Assembly: GCA_036398335.1 (NCBI GenBank)
Contig: DASWQB010000284.1
Coordinates: forward strand, 1-47,796
Source: Afipia sp.
Lineage (GTDB): Bacteria; Pseudomonadota; Alphaproteobacteria; Rhizobiales; Xanthobacteraceae
Direction of reading: 5' to 3'
DNA length: 47,796 bases
The stretch's first letter is position 1; each line of letters begins with the position of its first letter. Below the pieces are notes generated by a model, which made no database searches, was not told where the DNA came from, and saw nothing but the letters and a program-made list of their open reading frames with translations. Positions 18,619 to 29,702 of the stretch are shown piece after piece. Position numbers and translations under genes: made by a program.

Positions 18619-19728
18619 GTGGCTGCCAATCTCAAATCCTATCTCGACCACCTCACACCCTGGAACTTTACCGGCCAGCGCAAGGCCGGCCCAAGCGCAA
18701 AAAAAATCAACCTCGCGCTTCAAGGCGGCGGTTCGCATGGAGCCTTCACATGGGGCGTGCTGGATCATTTGCTAGAGGATGGCCGGCTCGAGATCACCGG
18801 CATCTCGGGTGCATCGGCCGGCGCGCTCAACGCGGTGATGGTGGCCGACGGACTCGCACGCGGCGGACCTGAGGAGGCGCGCAAACGCCTGTCCGCCTTT
18901 TGGCGCGCCGCAAGCGCGGGCGGCGACCTGCCCCCGGTTCAACGCGCGATTGCCGACCGGCTTTTCTCGATGATGCCGTTCGCCAATGCGCCGATGCAGA
19001 ACTGGTTCGAAGCAATGGCGCATTATTTCTCGCCTTACGAACTCAACCCACTCAACATCAATCCGCTCAGCGACCTGATCGACCGTTTCGTCGATTTTGA
19101 TGCGATCCGCGAGAATACCGATCTGGCGCTCTATATCTCGACCACCAATGTCCACACCGGACGGCTTCGTATCTTCTCCAACGAGACCATCACCGCCGAT
19201 GTCATCATGGCTTCCGCCGCGCTGCCTTATCTGTTCCGCGCGGTCGAAATCGACGGTGTGCCCTATTGGGATGGCGGCTACATGGGCAATCCCGCCATTT
19301 TCCCGTTCCTGCAGACCACCGAAGCCGAAGACGTCCTGGTGGTGCAGATCAACCCCGTATCGCGCAGCACGACACCGCGCACGTCTCCTGAGATCATCAA
19401 CCGTCTGAACGAGATCACCTTCAATTCAGCGCTGATCTCCGAATTACGGACCATGGATTTCGTCAATCAGCTCATCGACGATGGCCGACTGCCGCGCGGC
19501 ACCGGCAAGGATCAATATCGCCGGCTCAATATCCACCGCATCGATCTTGGCGGCCTCGGCACCAGGCTCGCCGGATCGAGTAAGCTGAAAACCGATTACG
19601 ATTTCTTCGACCTGCTGCATAAAGCAGGCGCGCATGCGGCCAAGAAATTCCTCGACGAGCATTTCGACGACATCGGCAAGCAAAGCACAATCGACCTGGC
19701 CGCCGAATCCGGCGTCGAATGGGCTTAA
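18619..19728 (+). CDS. Patatin-like phospholipase/esterase
   Basis: LQGGGSHG oxyanion motif, GASAG nucleophile and YWDGG. GTG start at 18619 is inferred. Confidence 0.9.
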   Translation: MAANLKSYLDHLTPWNFTGQRKAGPSAKKINLALQGGGSHGAFTWGVLDHLLEDGRLEITGISGASAGALNAVMVADGLARGGPEEARKRLSAFWRAASAGGDLPPVQRAIADRLFSMMPFANAPMQNWFEAMAHYFSPYELNPLNINPLSDLIDRFVDFDAIRENTDLALYISTTNVHTGRLRIFSNETITADVIMASAALPYLFRAVEIDGVPYWDGGYMGNPAIFPFLQTTEAEDVLVVQINPVSRSTTPRTSPEIINRLNEITFNSALISELRTMDFVNQLIDDGRLPRGTGKDQYRRLNIHRIDLGGLGTRLAGSSKLKTDYDFFDLLHKAGAHAAKKFLDEHFDDIGKQSTIDLAAESGVEWA

Positions 19729-19815
19729 GCGCGGACCATTTTCACGTTGAAATTCGGGAATATCGGGTTCTGCGGATGTGAACGCCCAGCAAAACTTTGC
19801 TAGCGTGCCGCGCAA

Positions 19816-22545
19816 ATGACCATGCACGCAACTTCCCCCGCCCCCGGCGAGACATCCCCATCCGAGCAGGACGGCAACGCCCGCATCACGCCGATGATGG
19901 AGCAGTACCTTGAGATCAAGGCTGCCAACCCCGGCCTTTTGCTGTTCTACCGGATGGGCGATTTCTACGAGCTGTTTCTCGAAGACGCGGAAATCGCCTC
20001 GCGCGCCCTCGGCATCACGCTGACCAAGCGCGGCAAGCATCAGGGCCAGGACATTCCGATGTGCGGGGTGCCTGTGAATCACGCCGACGATTACCTGCAT
20101 CGCCTGATCGAACTCGGTCATCGCGTCGCGGTGTGCGAACAGACCGAGGACCCGGCCGAGGCGAAGAAGCGCGGCAGCAAGAGCGTGGTGCGGCGAGACG
20201 TGGTGCGCCTGGTCACGCCCGGCACGCTGACCGAAGACAATCTGCTCGATGCGAAAGCCAACAATTATCTGATGGCGATTGCGCGCTCGCGCGCCTCGAA
20301 CGGCGAGGACCGGCTCGGCCTCGCCTGGATCGATATTTCCACGTCGGAATTCACCGTCACCGAATGCGCTCTGCCTGAGCTTGGCGCGACGCTGGCGCGG
20401 ATCAATCCCAATGAAGTGATCGTCACCGACGCTCTTTATGGCGACGCCGAACTGGGCCCCCTATTGCGCGCGCTGCCTGCCGTGACGCCGCTCACGCGTG
20501 ACGTGTTTGACGGTGGGACCGCTGAAAAAAGGCTTTGCGACTATTTCGCCGTCGCGACCATGGACGGTCTCAGCCAGATGTCGCGGCTGGAAGCGACGGC
20601 GGCAGCCGCCTGCGTCTCTTATGTCGACCGCACCCAGATCGGCAAGCGCCCGCCGCTGTCGCCGCCTTCGCGCGAACTCGCCGGCACCACCATGGCGATC
20701 GATTCTGCGACCCGCGCCAATCTCGAACTGACGCGCACGCTGGCCGGAGAGCGGCGCGGCTCGCTGCTGGACGCCATCGACCGCACGGTGACGGCGGCGG
20801 GATCGCGGCTTCTCGCACAACGGCTGGCCGCGCCGCTGAGCGATCCATCCGCGATTAGGCGCCGTCTGGATGCCATCGCCGCTTTTGTCTCGGATACGCC
20901 GGCGCGTGACGATCTGCGGGCGATTTTGCGTGCCGCTCCCGACATGTCGCGCGCGCTGGCGCGTCTGTCAGTTGGACGCGGCGGTCCGCGCGATCTTGCC
21001 GGATTGCGTGACGGCATTCTCGCCGCGGATCAGGCCGTCGCGCGGCTTTTACGAATGAACAATCCGCCACAAGAGATCGCCTCGGCGATCGTGGCGCTGC
21101 GTCGTCCCTCGCGCGATCTTGCTAAAGAGCTTGAGCGGGGGTTGGCCGAACAACTCCCGCTACTCAAGCGCGACGGCGGCTTCGTGCGCGAAAATTATTC
21201 CGCCGCGCTGGACGAGACCCGCAAGCTGCGCGACGATTCGCGGCTCGTGGTGGCTGCGATGCAGGCGCGCTATGCCGACGAGACCGGCATCAAAGGCCTC
21301 AAGATCCGCCACAACAACGTGCTGGGTTACTTCGTCGAGGTCACGGCGCAGCACGGCGACAAGCTACTGGCCGCACCGCTGAATGCGGCCTTTATCCATC
21401 GCCAGACGCTGGCGGGACAAATCCGTTTCACCACCACCGAACTCGGCGAGATCGAGGCCAGGATCGCCAATGCGGGAGACCGCGCGCTCGGTCTTGAGCT
21501 TGAGATATTCGACAAACTCAGCGAACAGGTCATCGCGGCGGGCGACGATCTGCGTACCGCCGCGCAAGCATTCGCGTTGCTCGATGTTGCCTCCGCGCTG
21601 GCGAAGCTTGCCTCTGACGAGAACTACGTGCGGCCGGAGGTCGATGGCTCGCTGGCGTTCCTGATCGAAGGCGGACGGCATCCGGTCGTCGAACAGGCAC
21701 TGAAGCGCGACGGCCAGCCTTTCATTGCCAATTCTTGCGATTTGTCGCCAACGCCCGCGCAAAGCTCCGGACAAATCTGGATTCTCACCGGGCCGAACAT
21801 GGCCGGTAAATCGACCTTCCTACGCCAGAACGCGCTGATCGCCCTGCTCGCGCAGACCGGCAGCTTCGTTCCGGCATCGCGGGCAAAGATCGGCGTGGTG
21901 GACCGCCTGTTTTCGCGCGTCGGCGCGGCGGACGATCTGGCGCGCGGCCGCTCGACCTTCATGGTCGAGATGGTGGAGACAGCCGCAATTCTCAATCAGG
22001 CGACCGAGCGCGCGCTCGTGATCCTCGATGAGATCGGGCGCGGCACCGCCACCTTCGACGGCCTGTCGATCGCATGGGCGTCGATCGAACACCTGCACGA
22101 AGCGAACCGATGCCGCGCGCTGTTCGCGACGCATTATCACGAACTCACGGCGCTCGCGGCGAGGCTGCCGCGTCTGTTCAACGCCACGGTGCGGGTGAAG
22201 GAATGGCAGGGCGACGTCGTGTTCCTGCACGAGGTGCTCCCGGGATCGGCGGACCGCTCCTACGGCATTCAGGTGGCGAAGCTTGCAGGATTGCCGCCGG
22301 GTGTTATCACGCGTGCGAAGTCGGTGCTGGCCAAGCTCGAAGCGCAGGATCGCGGTGCGACGGCCAAGGCACTGGTGGACGATCTTCCGCTATTTGCCGT
22401 GCCTTCGCGCGCGGCTGCCGAACCACAACCGCCAAGCGCAGCGGATCAATTGATCGCAGCGCTGATCGCATTGCATCCCGACGAGATGTCGCCGCGCGAT
22501 GCGCTGGAAGCACTTTACGCCTTGAAAGCAAAACTGCCTAAATAG
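19816..22545 (+). CDS. mutS: DNA mismatch repair protein MutS
   Basis: [38 protein letters not shown] and SYGIQVA. Confidence 0.98.
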   Translation: MTMHATSPAPGETSPSEQDGNARITPMMEQYLEIKAANPGLLLFYRMGDFYELFLEDAEIASRALGITLTKRGKHQGQDIPMCGVPVNHADDYLHRLIELGHRVAVCEQTEDPAEAKKRGSKSVVRRDVVRLVTPGTLTEDNLLDAKANNYLMAIARSRASNGEDRLGLAWIDISTSEFTVTECALPELGATLARINPNEVIVTDALYGDAELGPLLRALPAVTPLTRDVFDGGTAEKRLCDYFAVATMDGLSQMSRLEATAAAACVSYVDRTQIGKRPPLSPPSRELAGTTMAIDSATRANLELTRTLAGERRGSLLDAIDRTVTAAGSRLLAQRLAAPLSDPSAIRRRLDAIAAFVSDTPARDDLRAILRAAPDMSRALARLSVGRGGPRDLAGLRDGILAADQAVARLLRMNNPPQEIASAIVALRRPSRDLAKELERGLAEQLPLLKRDGGFVRENYSAALDETRKLRDDSRLVVAAMQARYADETGIKGLKIRHNNVLGYFVEVTAQHGDKLLAAPLNAAFIHRQTLAGQIRFTTTELGEIEARIANAGDRALGLELEIFDKLSEQVIAAGDDLRTAAQAFALLDVASALAKLASDENYVRPEVDGSLAFLIEGGRHPVVEQALKRDGQPFIANSCDLSPTPAQSSGQIWILTGPNMAGKSTFLRQNALIALLAQTGSFVPASRAKIGVVDRLFSRVGAADDLARGRSTFMVEMVETAAILNQATERALVILDEIGRGTATFDGLSIAWASIEHLHEANRCRALFATHYHELTALAARLPRLFNATVRVKEWQGDVVFLHEVLPGSADRSYGIQVAKLAGLPPGVITRAKSVLAKLEAQDRGATAKALVDDLPLFAVPSRAAAEPQPPSAADQLIAALIALHPDEMSPRDALEALYALKAKLPK

Positions 22546-22546
22546 A

Positions 22547-23341
22547 TCAGAGCGGCAAGCCGGCCCTGCGCAGCAATAACGTTGCTGCATTCCATGACAT
22601 CGAGAATAGCAGCGCAAGGCACAAAGCCACCGGTGCGCCGACCGGCACGGCGGCGAGATGCAGCACAGCCATACACAGGCTGAATCCAAGCAAACCAATG
22701 AGGCTATGCGCCATCACCGCGGCGGTGGCCTTGCCACCGACCCGGCGATGCAGAATCAACATCGTCGATGTGAACGTCGCGGGAAACGAGGCGAGAATTC
22801 CGGTGCGCTCCGGCCCGATGGTGAAGCTGAGCGTCACCACCACCGCGATCAGCATGCCAACGATTGCCGCACGGATCAGAAGATCGAACCATCGCAGCGG
22901 CAAACGCGGCATCGGTGCTTCGCGAAATCGCCGTACGACGAGAAAGAAGATGGGCACCGCGACAAGATTCGCGGCGACGGCCAACGTCAATGTCCACGAC
23001 ACCGTGCTCAAGATGCAAGTCGCGACCAGCCAGACCAGCAACCCAAGGGCCACGCTCAAAAGCGCGCCGAACCGTTGCGCCATGAAAATGAAAACCACCG
23101 TGTAAAGGGCCGTCGGGAGGTTGTTATAAACGCTGGTGAGCGCCGCGCGCGCGACAAATGCGGAATCATGATCAAGCGCGATGAAGACGTAAGCCGGGCC
23201 GGTGGAGACCGGCAGCGTGACGATCAGCGAGCCGATAAAGGCCCCTGCGCGCTCGGCAACCACCGTCGCCGCGACGACAAAGCCTGCGGCAACGGCCATT
23301 TTCAAACCGAGCGTGAAGATGAAATATCCGTCGATGGGCAT
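22547..23341 (-). CDS. Hypothetical integral membrane protein
   Basis: 264 aa, almost entirely hydrophobic, with two loosely similar halves (G..IVTLPVSTG / GILASFPATFT). Confidence 0.75.
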   Translation of the reverse strand: MPIDGYFIFTLGLKMAVAAGFVVAATVVAERAGAFIGSLIVTLPVSTGPAYVFIALDHDSAFVARAALTSVYNNLPTALYTVVFIFMAQRFGALLSVALGLLVWLVATCILSTVSWTLTLAVAANLVAVPIFFLVVRRFREAPMPRLPLRWFDLLIRAAIVGMLIAVVVTLSFTIGPERTGILASFPATFTSTMLILHRRVGGKATAAVMAHSLIGLLGFSLCMAVLHLAAVPVGAPVALCLALLFSMSWNAATLLLRRAGLPL

Positions 23342-23360
23342 TGCGACACGTATGCCAGGA

Positions 23361-23873
23361 TTAGACCCTGTGCATCGACACGCTTATGGTCTTCGGACCG
23401 TTCTTGATCGTCTGATAGACCACGCAATAACGCTCGGTGAGTTTCAGCAACTGATCCAGTTTTTCTTGCGACACGTCGGTATCAACATCGAAGCGCAGAC
23501 GAATTTCAGCAAAACCGACGGGCGCTTCCTTGTCGACGCCGAGCGTGCCTCGAAAATCAAGATCGCCCTCCGCGCTGACATCGCCGGATTTCAGCGGCAC
23601 GTCGATGGCGGTCGCGACCGATTTCAATGTCACGCCGGCACAGGCGACCAGCGCCTCGAGCAGCATATCGCCCGAACATAGTTCGAGACCCGAGCCGCCG
23701 GTTGCGGGATGAAGACCTGCGATTGATAACGCCTTGCCGGTTTCGACCTTACAGGCAATGCCTTCGCTCTCGATCGATCCCCTGGCTTTCAAGGTGATGT
23801 AAGCGGCCTTGGGATCAGACTTGTAACGGTCCTTGATCGGCGCCTGCATCGCGCGCAATTCGGTCGAATCCAT
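23361..23873 (-). CDS. OsmC/Ohr family protein
   Basis: ELCSGDMLLEALVACAG, EGDLDFRGTLG and TERYCVVYQT, with the two OsmC-type cysteines. Confidence 0.88.
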   Translation of the reverse strand: MDSTELRAMQAPIKDRYKSDPKAAYITLKARGSIESEGIACKVETGKALSIAGLHPATGGSGLELCSGDMLLEALVACAGVTLKSVATAIDVPLKSGDVSAEGDLDFRGTLGVDKEAPVGFAEIRLRFDVDTDVSQEKLDQLLKLTERYCVVYQTIKNGPKTISVSMHRV

Positions 23874-23926
23874 CGTCGGGTCTCCATCGGCATCAGGCGG
23901 CGTCAATATCCACCGCGGCGATGTGC

Positions 23927-24706
23927 TTATATCCCCTCGCCCGCGGTGAGCAAGCCATCGAGCGGACGGCGCACCCTGTCGAGCGAGCGGTCCAGCGAGG
24001 CGAGAACCTGACGCTTGATCGCCTCGAACGCAGGCGAGGCACGGTCACGCGGACGCGGCAGATCGATGTTGATTTCCTCGAACAGCCGGCCCGGGTGCGG
24101 ACGCATCACCATGACGCGGTCCCCCAGCACAACCACCTCATCAACATCGTGCGTGACAAGAATGAGCGTCGGTTTTGTGTCAGCCCACAGATCGAGCAGA
24201 TGATCCTGCAAGTCGGCACGGGTGAAGGCATCCAATGCAGAGAATGGCTCGTCGAGCAGCAGCACTTCGGGGCGCGGCACCAAAGCCCGCGCAATCGCCA
24301 CGCGCTGCGCCTGCCCGCCAGAGAGTTCGCGAGGCCACGCCCCGGCCTTTTCCGCGAGACCGACGCGCGCCAATGCTTGCTTTACCTTATGCTCACGGTC
24401 CACAGCCGATCCGCCAGACAATCCAAAAGCGACATTCTCGGCAACCGTGAGCCACGGCAGCAGCCGGGGCTCCTGAAAGATAATGCCGATCTTTTCGTTC
24501 GGCGCGGTGATCGTCTCGCCATCGAGCACGATCGCGCCCGTGGAGGCCTGGTCCAGTCCTGTTATCGCGCGCAGCAATGTCGACTTGCCGCAGCCCGAGC
24601 CGCCGATAATGGCGACGATCTCGCCCGGCTTGATGCGCGCCGAAAAACCCTCGAGCGCGTTCACGCCGTTGGGATAGATCTTTCCGACATGATCGAGCGC
24701 AAGCAT
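23927..24706 (-). CDS. ssuB: Sulfonate/nitrate/taurine ABC transporter ATP-binding protein (SsuB-like)
   Basis: GGSGCGKST, FQEPRLLPWLTV, LSGGQAQR, LLDEPFSALD and VTHD. Confidence 0.85.
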   Translation of the reverse strand: MLALDHVGKIYPNGVNALEGFSARIKPGEIVAIIGGSGCGKSTLLRAITGLDQASTGAIVLDGETITAPNEKIGIIFQEPRLLPWLTVAENVAFGLSGGSAVDREHKVKQALARVGLAEKAGAWPRELSGGQAQRVAIARALVPRPEVLLLDEPFSALDAFTRADLQDHLLDLWADTKPTLILVTHDVDEVVVLGDRVMVMRPHPGRLFEEINIDLPRPRDRASPAFEAIKRQVLASLDRSLDRVRRPLDGLLTAGEGI

Positions 24707-24707
24707 G

Positions 24708-25556
24708 TCAGTTCCTCGCCGCATGCGCGCTGAAGGAATCCTGCCAGCGCAAGAGCGGCGTGAAAACAAGCTGGATCAGCCAGTCGGTGGTCTTGCCGAG
24801 AACCGCGAATACGATAATGGCGGCGACAATCTGCGCCGGCTTGCCGAGTTGCTGGCCGTCGATCAGAAGATAACCAAGCCCCTCGGACGCACCCATGAAT
24901 TCGGCGGCGACCACGAACATCCACCCGAGACCAAGACCCGTGCGCAGCGACACGACGTAAGCCGGCAGCACCGCGGGCAGCAGAATGCGCCGGATCATTG
25001 CCGGGCCGCTTAAACGGAAGATGCGGCCCACCTCGACGATCTTGCGATCGACCGACTGAATTGCGCCCATCACACCGAGATAAATTGGAAAGAATACACC
25101 GACCGCGATGAGCGCAACTTTCGAGGTTTCGAATATGCCGAGCCACAAAATAAACAACGGCACCCAGGCGATCGAGGGGATCGCGCGAAGCGCCTGCACT
25201 GTCGGATCGAGCAGACGCCGCGCCAGCGTCCAGTAACCGCAGATCGCGCCGAACAGGGTGCCGAACACAATGCCAAGGCCGAAACCCGCGCCGACGCGTG
25301 ACAGTGTTGCAAGGACGTGGCGGCCAAGCTCGCCGTTCGCTGCAAGCTCTGTCAGCGTCTGCCAGATTTTACTCGGCGGCGGCACCAAACGGCCATTCGA
25401 AAATCCGAAACGAACCGCCAGTTCCCATATCAACGCAAGACCCAGCGGCAGCAACAAGCCGAGCGCGGGGCGCAGCCAATGGCGCTCCTTGCGCAAAGGC
25501 TCCGGCGTGGCGTTTGTAATGGTCGTTTCGATGCTCGTTTCGATGGTCATGGCCAT
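24708..25556 (-). CDS. ssuC: Sulfonate ABC transporter permease (SsuC-like)
   Basis: VPPPS, IPSIAWVPLFILWLGIFE and WMFVVAAEFMGASEGLGY. Confidence 0.85.
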   Translation of the reverse strand: MAMTIETSIETTITNATPEPLRKERHWLRPALGLLLPLGLALIWELAVRFGFSNGRLVPPPSKIWQTLTELAANGELGRHVLATLSRVGAGFGLGIVFGTLFGAICGYWTLARRLLDPTVQALRAIPSIAWVPLFILWLGIFETSKVALIAVGVFFPIYLGVMGAIQSVDRKIVEVGRIFRLSGPAMIRRILLPAVLPAYVVSLRTGLGLGWMFVVAAEFMGASEGLGYLLIDGQQLGKPAQIVAAIIVFAVLGKTTDWLIQLVFTPLLRWQDSFSAHAARN

Positions 25557-25587
25557 AGCAAAAACCGCTTCCCGGCTCCAATTGCAA

Positions 25588-25617
25588 GCGGCCCGCACGG
25601 ACAAACCGGCGGGCCGC
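25588..25617. other. GC-rich hairpin between binding-protein and permease genes (possible mRNA stabiliser or attenuator)
   Basis: GCGGCCCGC...GCGGGCCGC inverted repeat with no long U tract. Confidence 0.45.
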
Positions 25618-25643
25618 GAGGAACTTCATTCCGCATATGGCGA

Positions 25644-26618
25644 TCAATTCGTCGGCAGCGGCACCTGATCGTCAAGCAAGGCGTCAAGGTTGGCCTGCAC
25701 GTTCACATCCGGCGCGACGACCCCGGCTTTCTGAAGCGCAAGACCGGCTGCGAGAATTGACTCGCGCTGTGGCTTGCCGATCTTGCTGTAGGTCAGATCG
25801 GTGCGCTCCTTGAGCTGCTTCTCGATCACAGCATCCGGCAGCTTGGTGACGGCGATGAGACTGGCCTTTACCTCGTCCGGATGCGCCAGCGAATATTTAC
25901 GCGCATCTTCGTAGACGGCCAGCACGCGGCGAACGATTTCCGGATTGTCCTTCAGGAATTGCTCGCGGACATTCAGGATGCCGAAGGTGTTGGCCTCGGT
26001 CTTGCGGTAGAACAACCGGGCACCGTCCTCAACTTCAGCCTGCGCGAGAATGGGATCGAGTCCGGCCCAGGCATCGACGTCGCCGCGGATCAGCGCGGCC
26101 TTGCCGTCGGCGTGCTGCAACAGAACCGGTGTGATATCCTTGTCGGAAAGACCCGCTTCGAGCAACGCACGCACAAGGAAGATATGCGGATCGGTGCCGC
26201 GGGTCACCGCAACACGCTTACCTTTGAGATCAGCAACCGATTTGATCGGAGAATCCTTGGTCGTGACCAGCGCCGTCCATTCAGGGCGTGAATAAGTATA
26301 GATGGATTTGATCGGGTTGCCGTTGATCCGCGCAACCAAGGCGGCCGAGCCGGCGGTCGAGCCGAAATCAAGCGATCCGGCGTTGAGGAACTCCAGCGCC
26401 TTGTTGGAACCGGCCGATTGCACCCAAACGATCTTGATGCCGTCCTTCGCGAATTCCTTTTCGAGTAAACCCTTTTCCTTGAGCACGATGGAGACCGGAT
26501 TGTAGGTCGCCCAATCGATCGCGATCTGGGCCGGTTTGTCGGCGGCGAAAGCGGCTGCGGGAGCGGCCAGCACGCCGGCAACAAGCGCGGCGAAAGCGCG
26601 CCTGGAAATATGGGACAT
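25644..26618 (-). CDS. ssuA: Aliphatic sulfonate ABC transporter substrate-binding protein (SsuA-like)
   Basis: Signal peptide (SRRAF...AFA), GSNKALEFLNAGSLDFG, DLKGKRVAVTRGT and GDVDAWAGLDP. GGAG RBS. Confidence 0.85.
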   Translation of the reverse strand: MSHISRRAFAALVAGVLAAPAAAFAADKPAQIAIDWATYNPVSIVLKEKGLLEKEFAKDGIKIVWVQSAGSNKALEFLNAGSLDFGSTAGSAALVARINGNPIKSIYTYSRPEWTALVTTKDSPIKSVADLKGKRVAVTRGTDPHIFLVRALLEAGLSDKDITPVLLQHADGKAALIRGDVDAWAGLDPILAQAEVEDGARLFYRKTEANTFGILNVREQFLKDNPEIVRRVLAVYEDARKYSLAHPDEVKASLIAVTKLPDAVIEKQLKERTDLTYSKIGKPQRESILAAGLALQKAGVVAPDVNVQANLDALLDDQVPLPTN

Positions 26619-26892
26619 ATTTATTCTCCGTGCGGTGAAAGAAAAGGCAGCTGCCCTGCTGTGCGTTGGCGGGTCATCTTGTAGGAAGCCGGACACATCG
26701 GCGCCTGCCCGCCGTTTATATTTTATAGATATTTCAATATGTTATATCGATGAGTCAACGGGAAAAACTTTGTGGGGCGCAGCGTCTTCGGAGCACAGCG
26801 CCGCCGTTTGAATGTGAAAAACTGGATAGAAATTCCAAACAGCGACAATCGCCCGTGACACCGCGATTACAGTCCGATATCGCAAGAGAACC

Positions 26893-29685
26893 ATGGACAG
26901 CGTCACCCTCGAATGGTCCCACCAAGACCTTTTGCATTTCGACCCCGGGAAAATCTCCCGGGAGGTCGATCTGCTGGCGGAAAAACATGCCGGCAATGGC
27001 GACACGTTCCGCGCCTCGGTTACGCAGCTTCTCAAGGCGGAGATGGCTCAGGCGCGCGCCGCTGCGCAGGCCGAGCTCCTGAAGGACCGCCATGGCCGCG
27101 CCTGCGCCGAACGGCTTTGCTTCGTGCAGGATGAAGTCATCCGCATTCTCTATAACGCCGCGACCCAGCACTTATATCGTTCGCATACGCCGTCCGATTC
27201 CGAGCGCATGGCGGTGGTCGCCACTGGCGGTTACGGACGCGGCCTGATGGCGCCGGAATCCGACATCGATCTGTTGTTCATCCTTCCCTACAAGCAGACC
27301 GCCTGGGGCGAACAGGTCGCCGAAGTCATTCTGTATTGTTTGTGGGACATGGGGCTGAAGGTTGGCCACGCCACGCGTTCGGTGGATGAATGCATCCGCC
27401 AGGCGATCGCCGACATGACCATCCGCACCGCCGTGTTGGAGACCCGCTATCTGACCGGCGACAAAGTGCTGTGCGACGAGCTGATGAAGCGGTTCGATTC
27501 CGAGGTCGTGCAAGGCACCGCAGCTGAATTTGTCACCGCCAAGCTGGCAGAACGCGAGGAGCGGCTGCGCCGCGCCGGCCAGTCGCGCTATCTGGTCGAG
27601 CCGAATGTGAAAGACGGCAAAGGCGGCCTGCGCGATCTCCATACCTTGTTCTGGATCGCCAAATACGTCTATCGCGTGCGCGACCCGAACGAACTCGTCA
27701 AGCAGGGCGTGTTCGACGCCAACGAATATCGCATTTTCCGACGCTGCGAGGATTTCCTCTGGTCGGTCCGCTGCAACATTCATTTTTACACCGGCCGCGC
27801 CGAGGAGCGGCTGTCGTTCGACATGCAACGCGAGATCGCGCAGCGGCTCGGTTACACCTCGCATCCGGGCATGCAGGACGTCGAACGCTTCATGAAGCAC
27901 TACTTCCTGATCGCAAAAGACGTCGGCGATCTGACCGCGATCCTGTGCGCCAAGCTGGAGGAGCAGGAAGCCAAGCCCGCGCCCGCGCTGAGCCGCATGA
28001 TGGACAGACTGCGTCCGCAGCGAAAGCACGGCAAAGTGCCCGGCTCGAATGATTTCGTCGTCGACACCGCACGCATCAATCTTGCGAGCGCGAATGTATT
28101 CAAGAACGACCCAATCAATTTGATCCGTATTTTCCGACTGGCGCAGAAAAATAATCTGGCTTTCCATCCGGATGCGATGCGCGCGGCGACACGCTCGCTC
28201 AATCTCATCACGCCGCAGGTGCGCGAGAATCCCGAAGCCAACAAACTGTTCATGGAGATTCTCACCTCGGAGAACGCCGAGACGGTGTTGCGCCGCATGA
28301 ACGAGACCGGCGTATTGGGGCATTTCATTCGCGCTTTCGGCCGGATCGTGTCGATGATGCAGTTCAACATGTATCATCACTACACTGTGGACGAGCATCT
28401 CATCCGCTGCGTCGGCATTCTTCAGGAGATCGAGCGCGGCGGCAATGACGAGTTCATTGTCGCCAGCGACCTGATGCGCAAGATACTTCCTGAGCACCGG
28501 GCCGTGCTCTACATGACGGTGTTCCTGCACGACATCGCCAAGGGCCGCCCGGAAGATCATTCGATCGCCGGCGCGAAAGTCGCACGCCGGCTTTGTCCGC
28601 GCTTCGGATTCAATGCCGCCGACACCGAGCTGATCGCCTGGCTGATCCAGGAACATCTGACGATGTCGACCGTGGCGCAGTCACGCGATCTGTCCGACCG
28701 CAAGACCATCGAGAACTTCGCCGCCGTGGTGCAGTCAGCCGAACAGATGAAGCTGCTGACGATATTGACCACGGCCGATATTCGCGGCGTCGGCCCGGGA
28801 GTGTGGAACGGCTGGAAAGCACAATTGCTGCGAACGCTGTATTATGAGACCGAACCGGTGCTCACCGGCGGCTTCTCGGAAGTTAACCGCGCCCAGCGCA
28901 TCAATGCCGCGCAGGCCGAATTCCGCGCCAATTTCACCGAATGGCCGCAGGCCGAACTCGACGCCTATATCGCGCGGCATTACCCCGCTTATTGGCTCAA
29001 GGTCGATCTGCCGCGCAAGATCCGTCATGCCCGCTTCGTGCGGGCCAGCGATCCGGAAGCCAACAAGCTGTCGATCAATGTCGGTTTCGACGAAGCGCGC
29101 GGCGTCACCGAACTGACGATCCTGGCCCCGGACCACCCCTATCTGCTCTCGATCATCGCCGGCGCTTGCGCCGCCGCCGGCGCCAACATCGTCGACGCGC
29201 AGATTTACACCACGACCGACGGCCTTGCGCTCGATACCATCGCGATCTCGCGCGAATATGAGCGCGACGAGGATGAGGCACGCCGCGCAACCCGCATCGG
29301 CGAGATGATCGAGCAGGTTCTCGAGGGAAAGATGCGGCTGCCGGAAATGGCCCGCCGCGCGACCGCCAAATCCAAACCGAAGCCATTCGTGATCGAGCCG
29401 AACGTCATCATCAACAATCAATGGTCCGACCGCTTCACCGTGATCGAGGTCTCGGGCCTCGATCGTCAGGGGCTGCTGTATCAGCTGACAAACACCATTT
29501 CGAAACTGAACCTCAATATCGGCTCGGCCCACGTGGCAACTTTCGGCGAGCGGGCGCGAGACGTGTTCTATGTCACCGATCTGATGGGCGCGCAGATCAC
29601 CGCACCCACCCGCCAGGCCGCGATCAAGCGCGCCGTTGTGCACCTGCTCGCCCATGGCGAGACCGCAGATAAGCCCGCGGCTTGA
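26893..29685 (+). CDS. glnD: [Protein-PII] uridylyltransferase/uridylyl-removing enzyme
   Basis: ATGGYGRG..SDIDL, EPNVKDGKGGLRD, HHYTVDEH, LHDIAKG (HD domain) and two C-terminal ACT domains. Confidence 0.98.
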   Translation: MDSVTLEWSHQDLLHFDPGKISREVDLLAEKHAGNGDTFRASVTQLLKAEMAQARAAAQAELLKDRHGRACAERLCFVQDEVIRILYNAATQHLYRSHTPSDSERMAVVATGGYGRGLMAPESDIDLLFILPYKQTAWGEQVAEVILYCLWDMGLKVGHATRSVDECIRQAIADMTIRTAVLETRYLTGDKVLCDELMKRFDSEVVQGTAAEFVTAKLAEREERLRRAGQSRYLVEPNVKDGKGGLRDLHTLFWIAKYVYRVRDPNELVKQGVFDANEYRIFRRCEDFLWSVRCNIHFYTGRAEERLSFDMQREIAQRLGYTSHPGMQDVERFMKHYFLIAKDVGDLTAILCAKLEEQEAKPAPALSRMMDRLRPQRKHGKVPGSNDFVVDTARINLASANVFKNDPINLIRIFRLAQKNNLAFHPDAMRAATRSLNLITPQVRENPEANKLFMEILTSENAETVLRRMNETGVLGHFIRAFGRIVSMMQFNMYHHYTVDEHLIRCVGILQEIERGGNDEFIVASDLMRKILPEHRAVLYMTVFLHDIAKGRPEDHSIAGAKVARRLCPRFGFNAADTELIAWLIQEHLTMSTVAQSRDLSDRKTIENFAAVVQSAEQMKLLTILTTADIRGVGPGVWNGWKAQLLRTLYYETEPVLTGGFSEVNRAQRINAAQAEFRANFTEWPQAELDAYIARHYPAYWLKVDLPRKIRHARFVRASDPEANKLSINVGFDEARGVTELTILAPDHPYLLSIIAGACAAAGANIVDAQIYTTTDGLALDTIAISREYERDEDEARRATRIGEMIEQVLEGKMRLPEMARRATAKSKPKPFVIEPNVIINNQWSDRFTVIEVSGLDRQGLLYQLTNTISKLNLNIGSAHVATFGERARDVFYVTDLMGAQITAPTRQAAIKRAVVHLLAHGETADKPAA

Positions 29686-29702
29686 GACGGCATCACGCGG
29701 CC

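Noticed and set aside
27172-28656. 494-aa ORF antisense to glnD, and similar ones at 6739-7998, 33190-34311, 29735-30781 and 17005-17811
   Set aside because: These mirror well-supported genes. Strong GC3 codon bias suppresses stops on the opposite strand, and no motifs are present.
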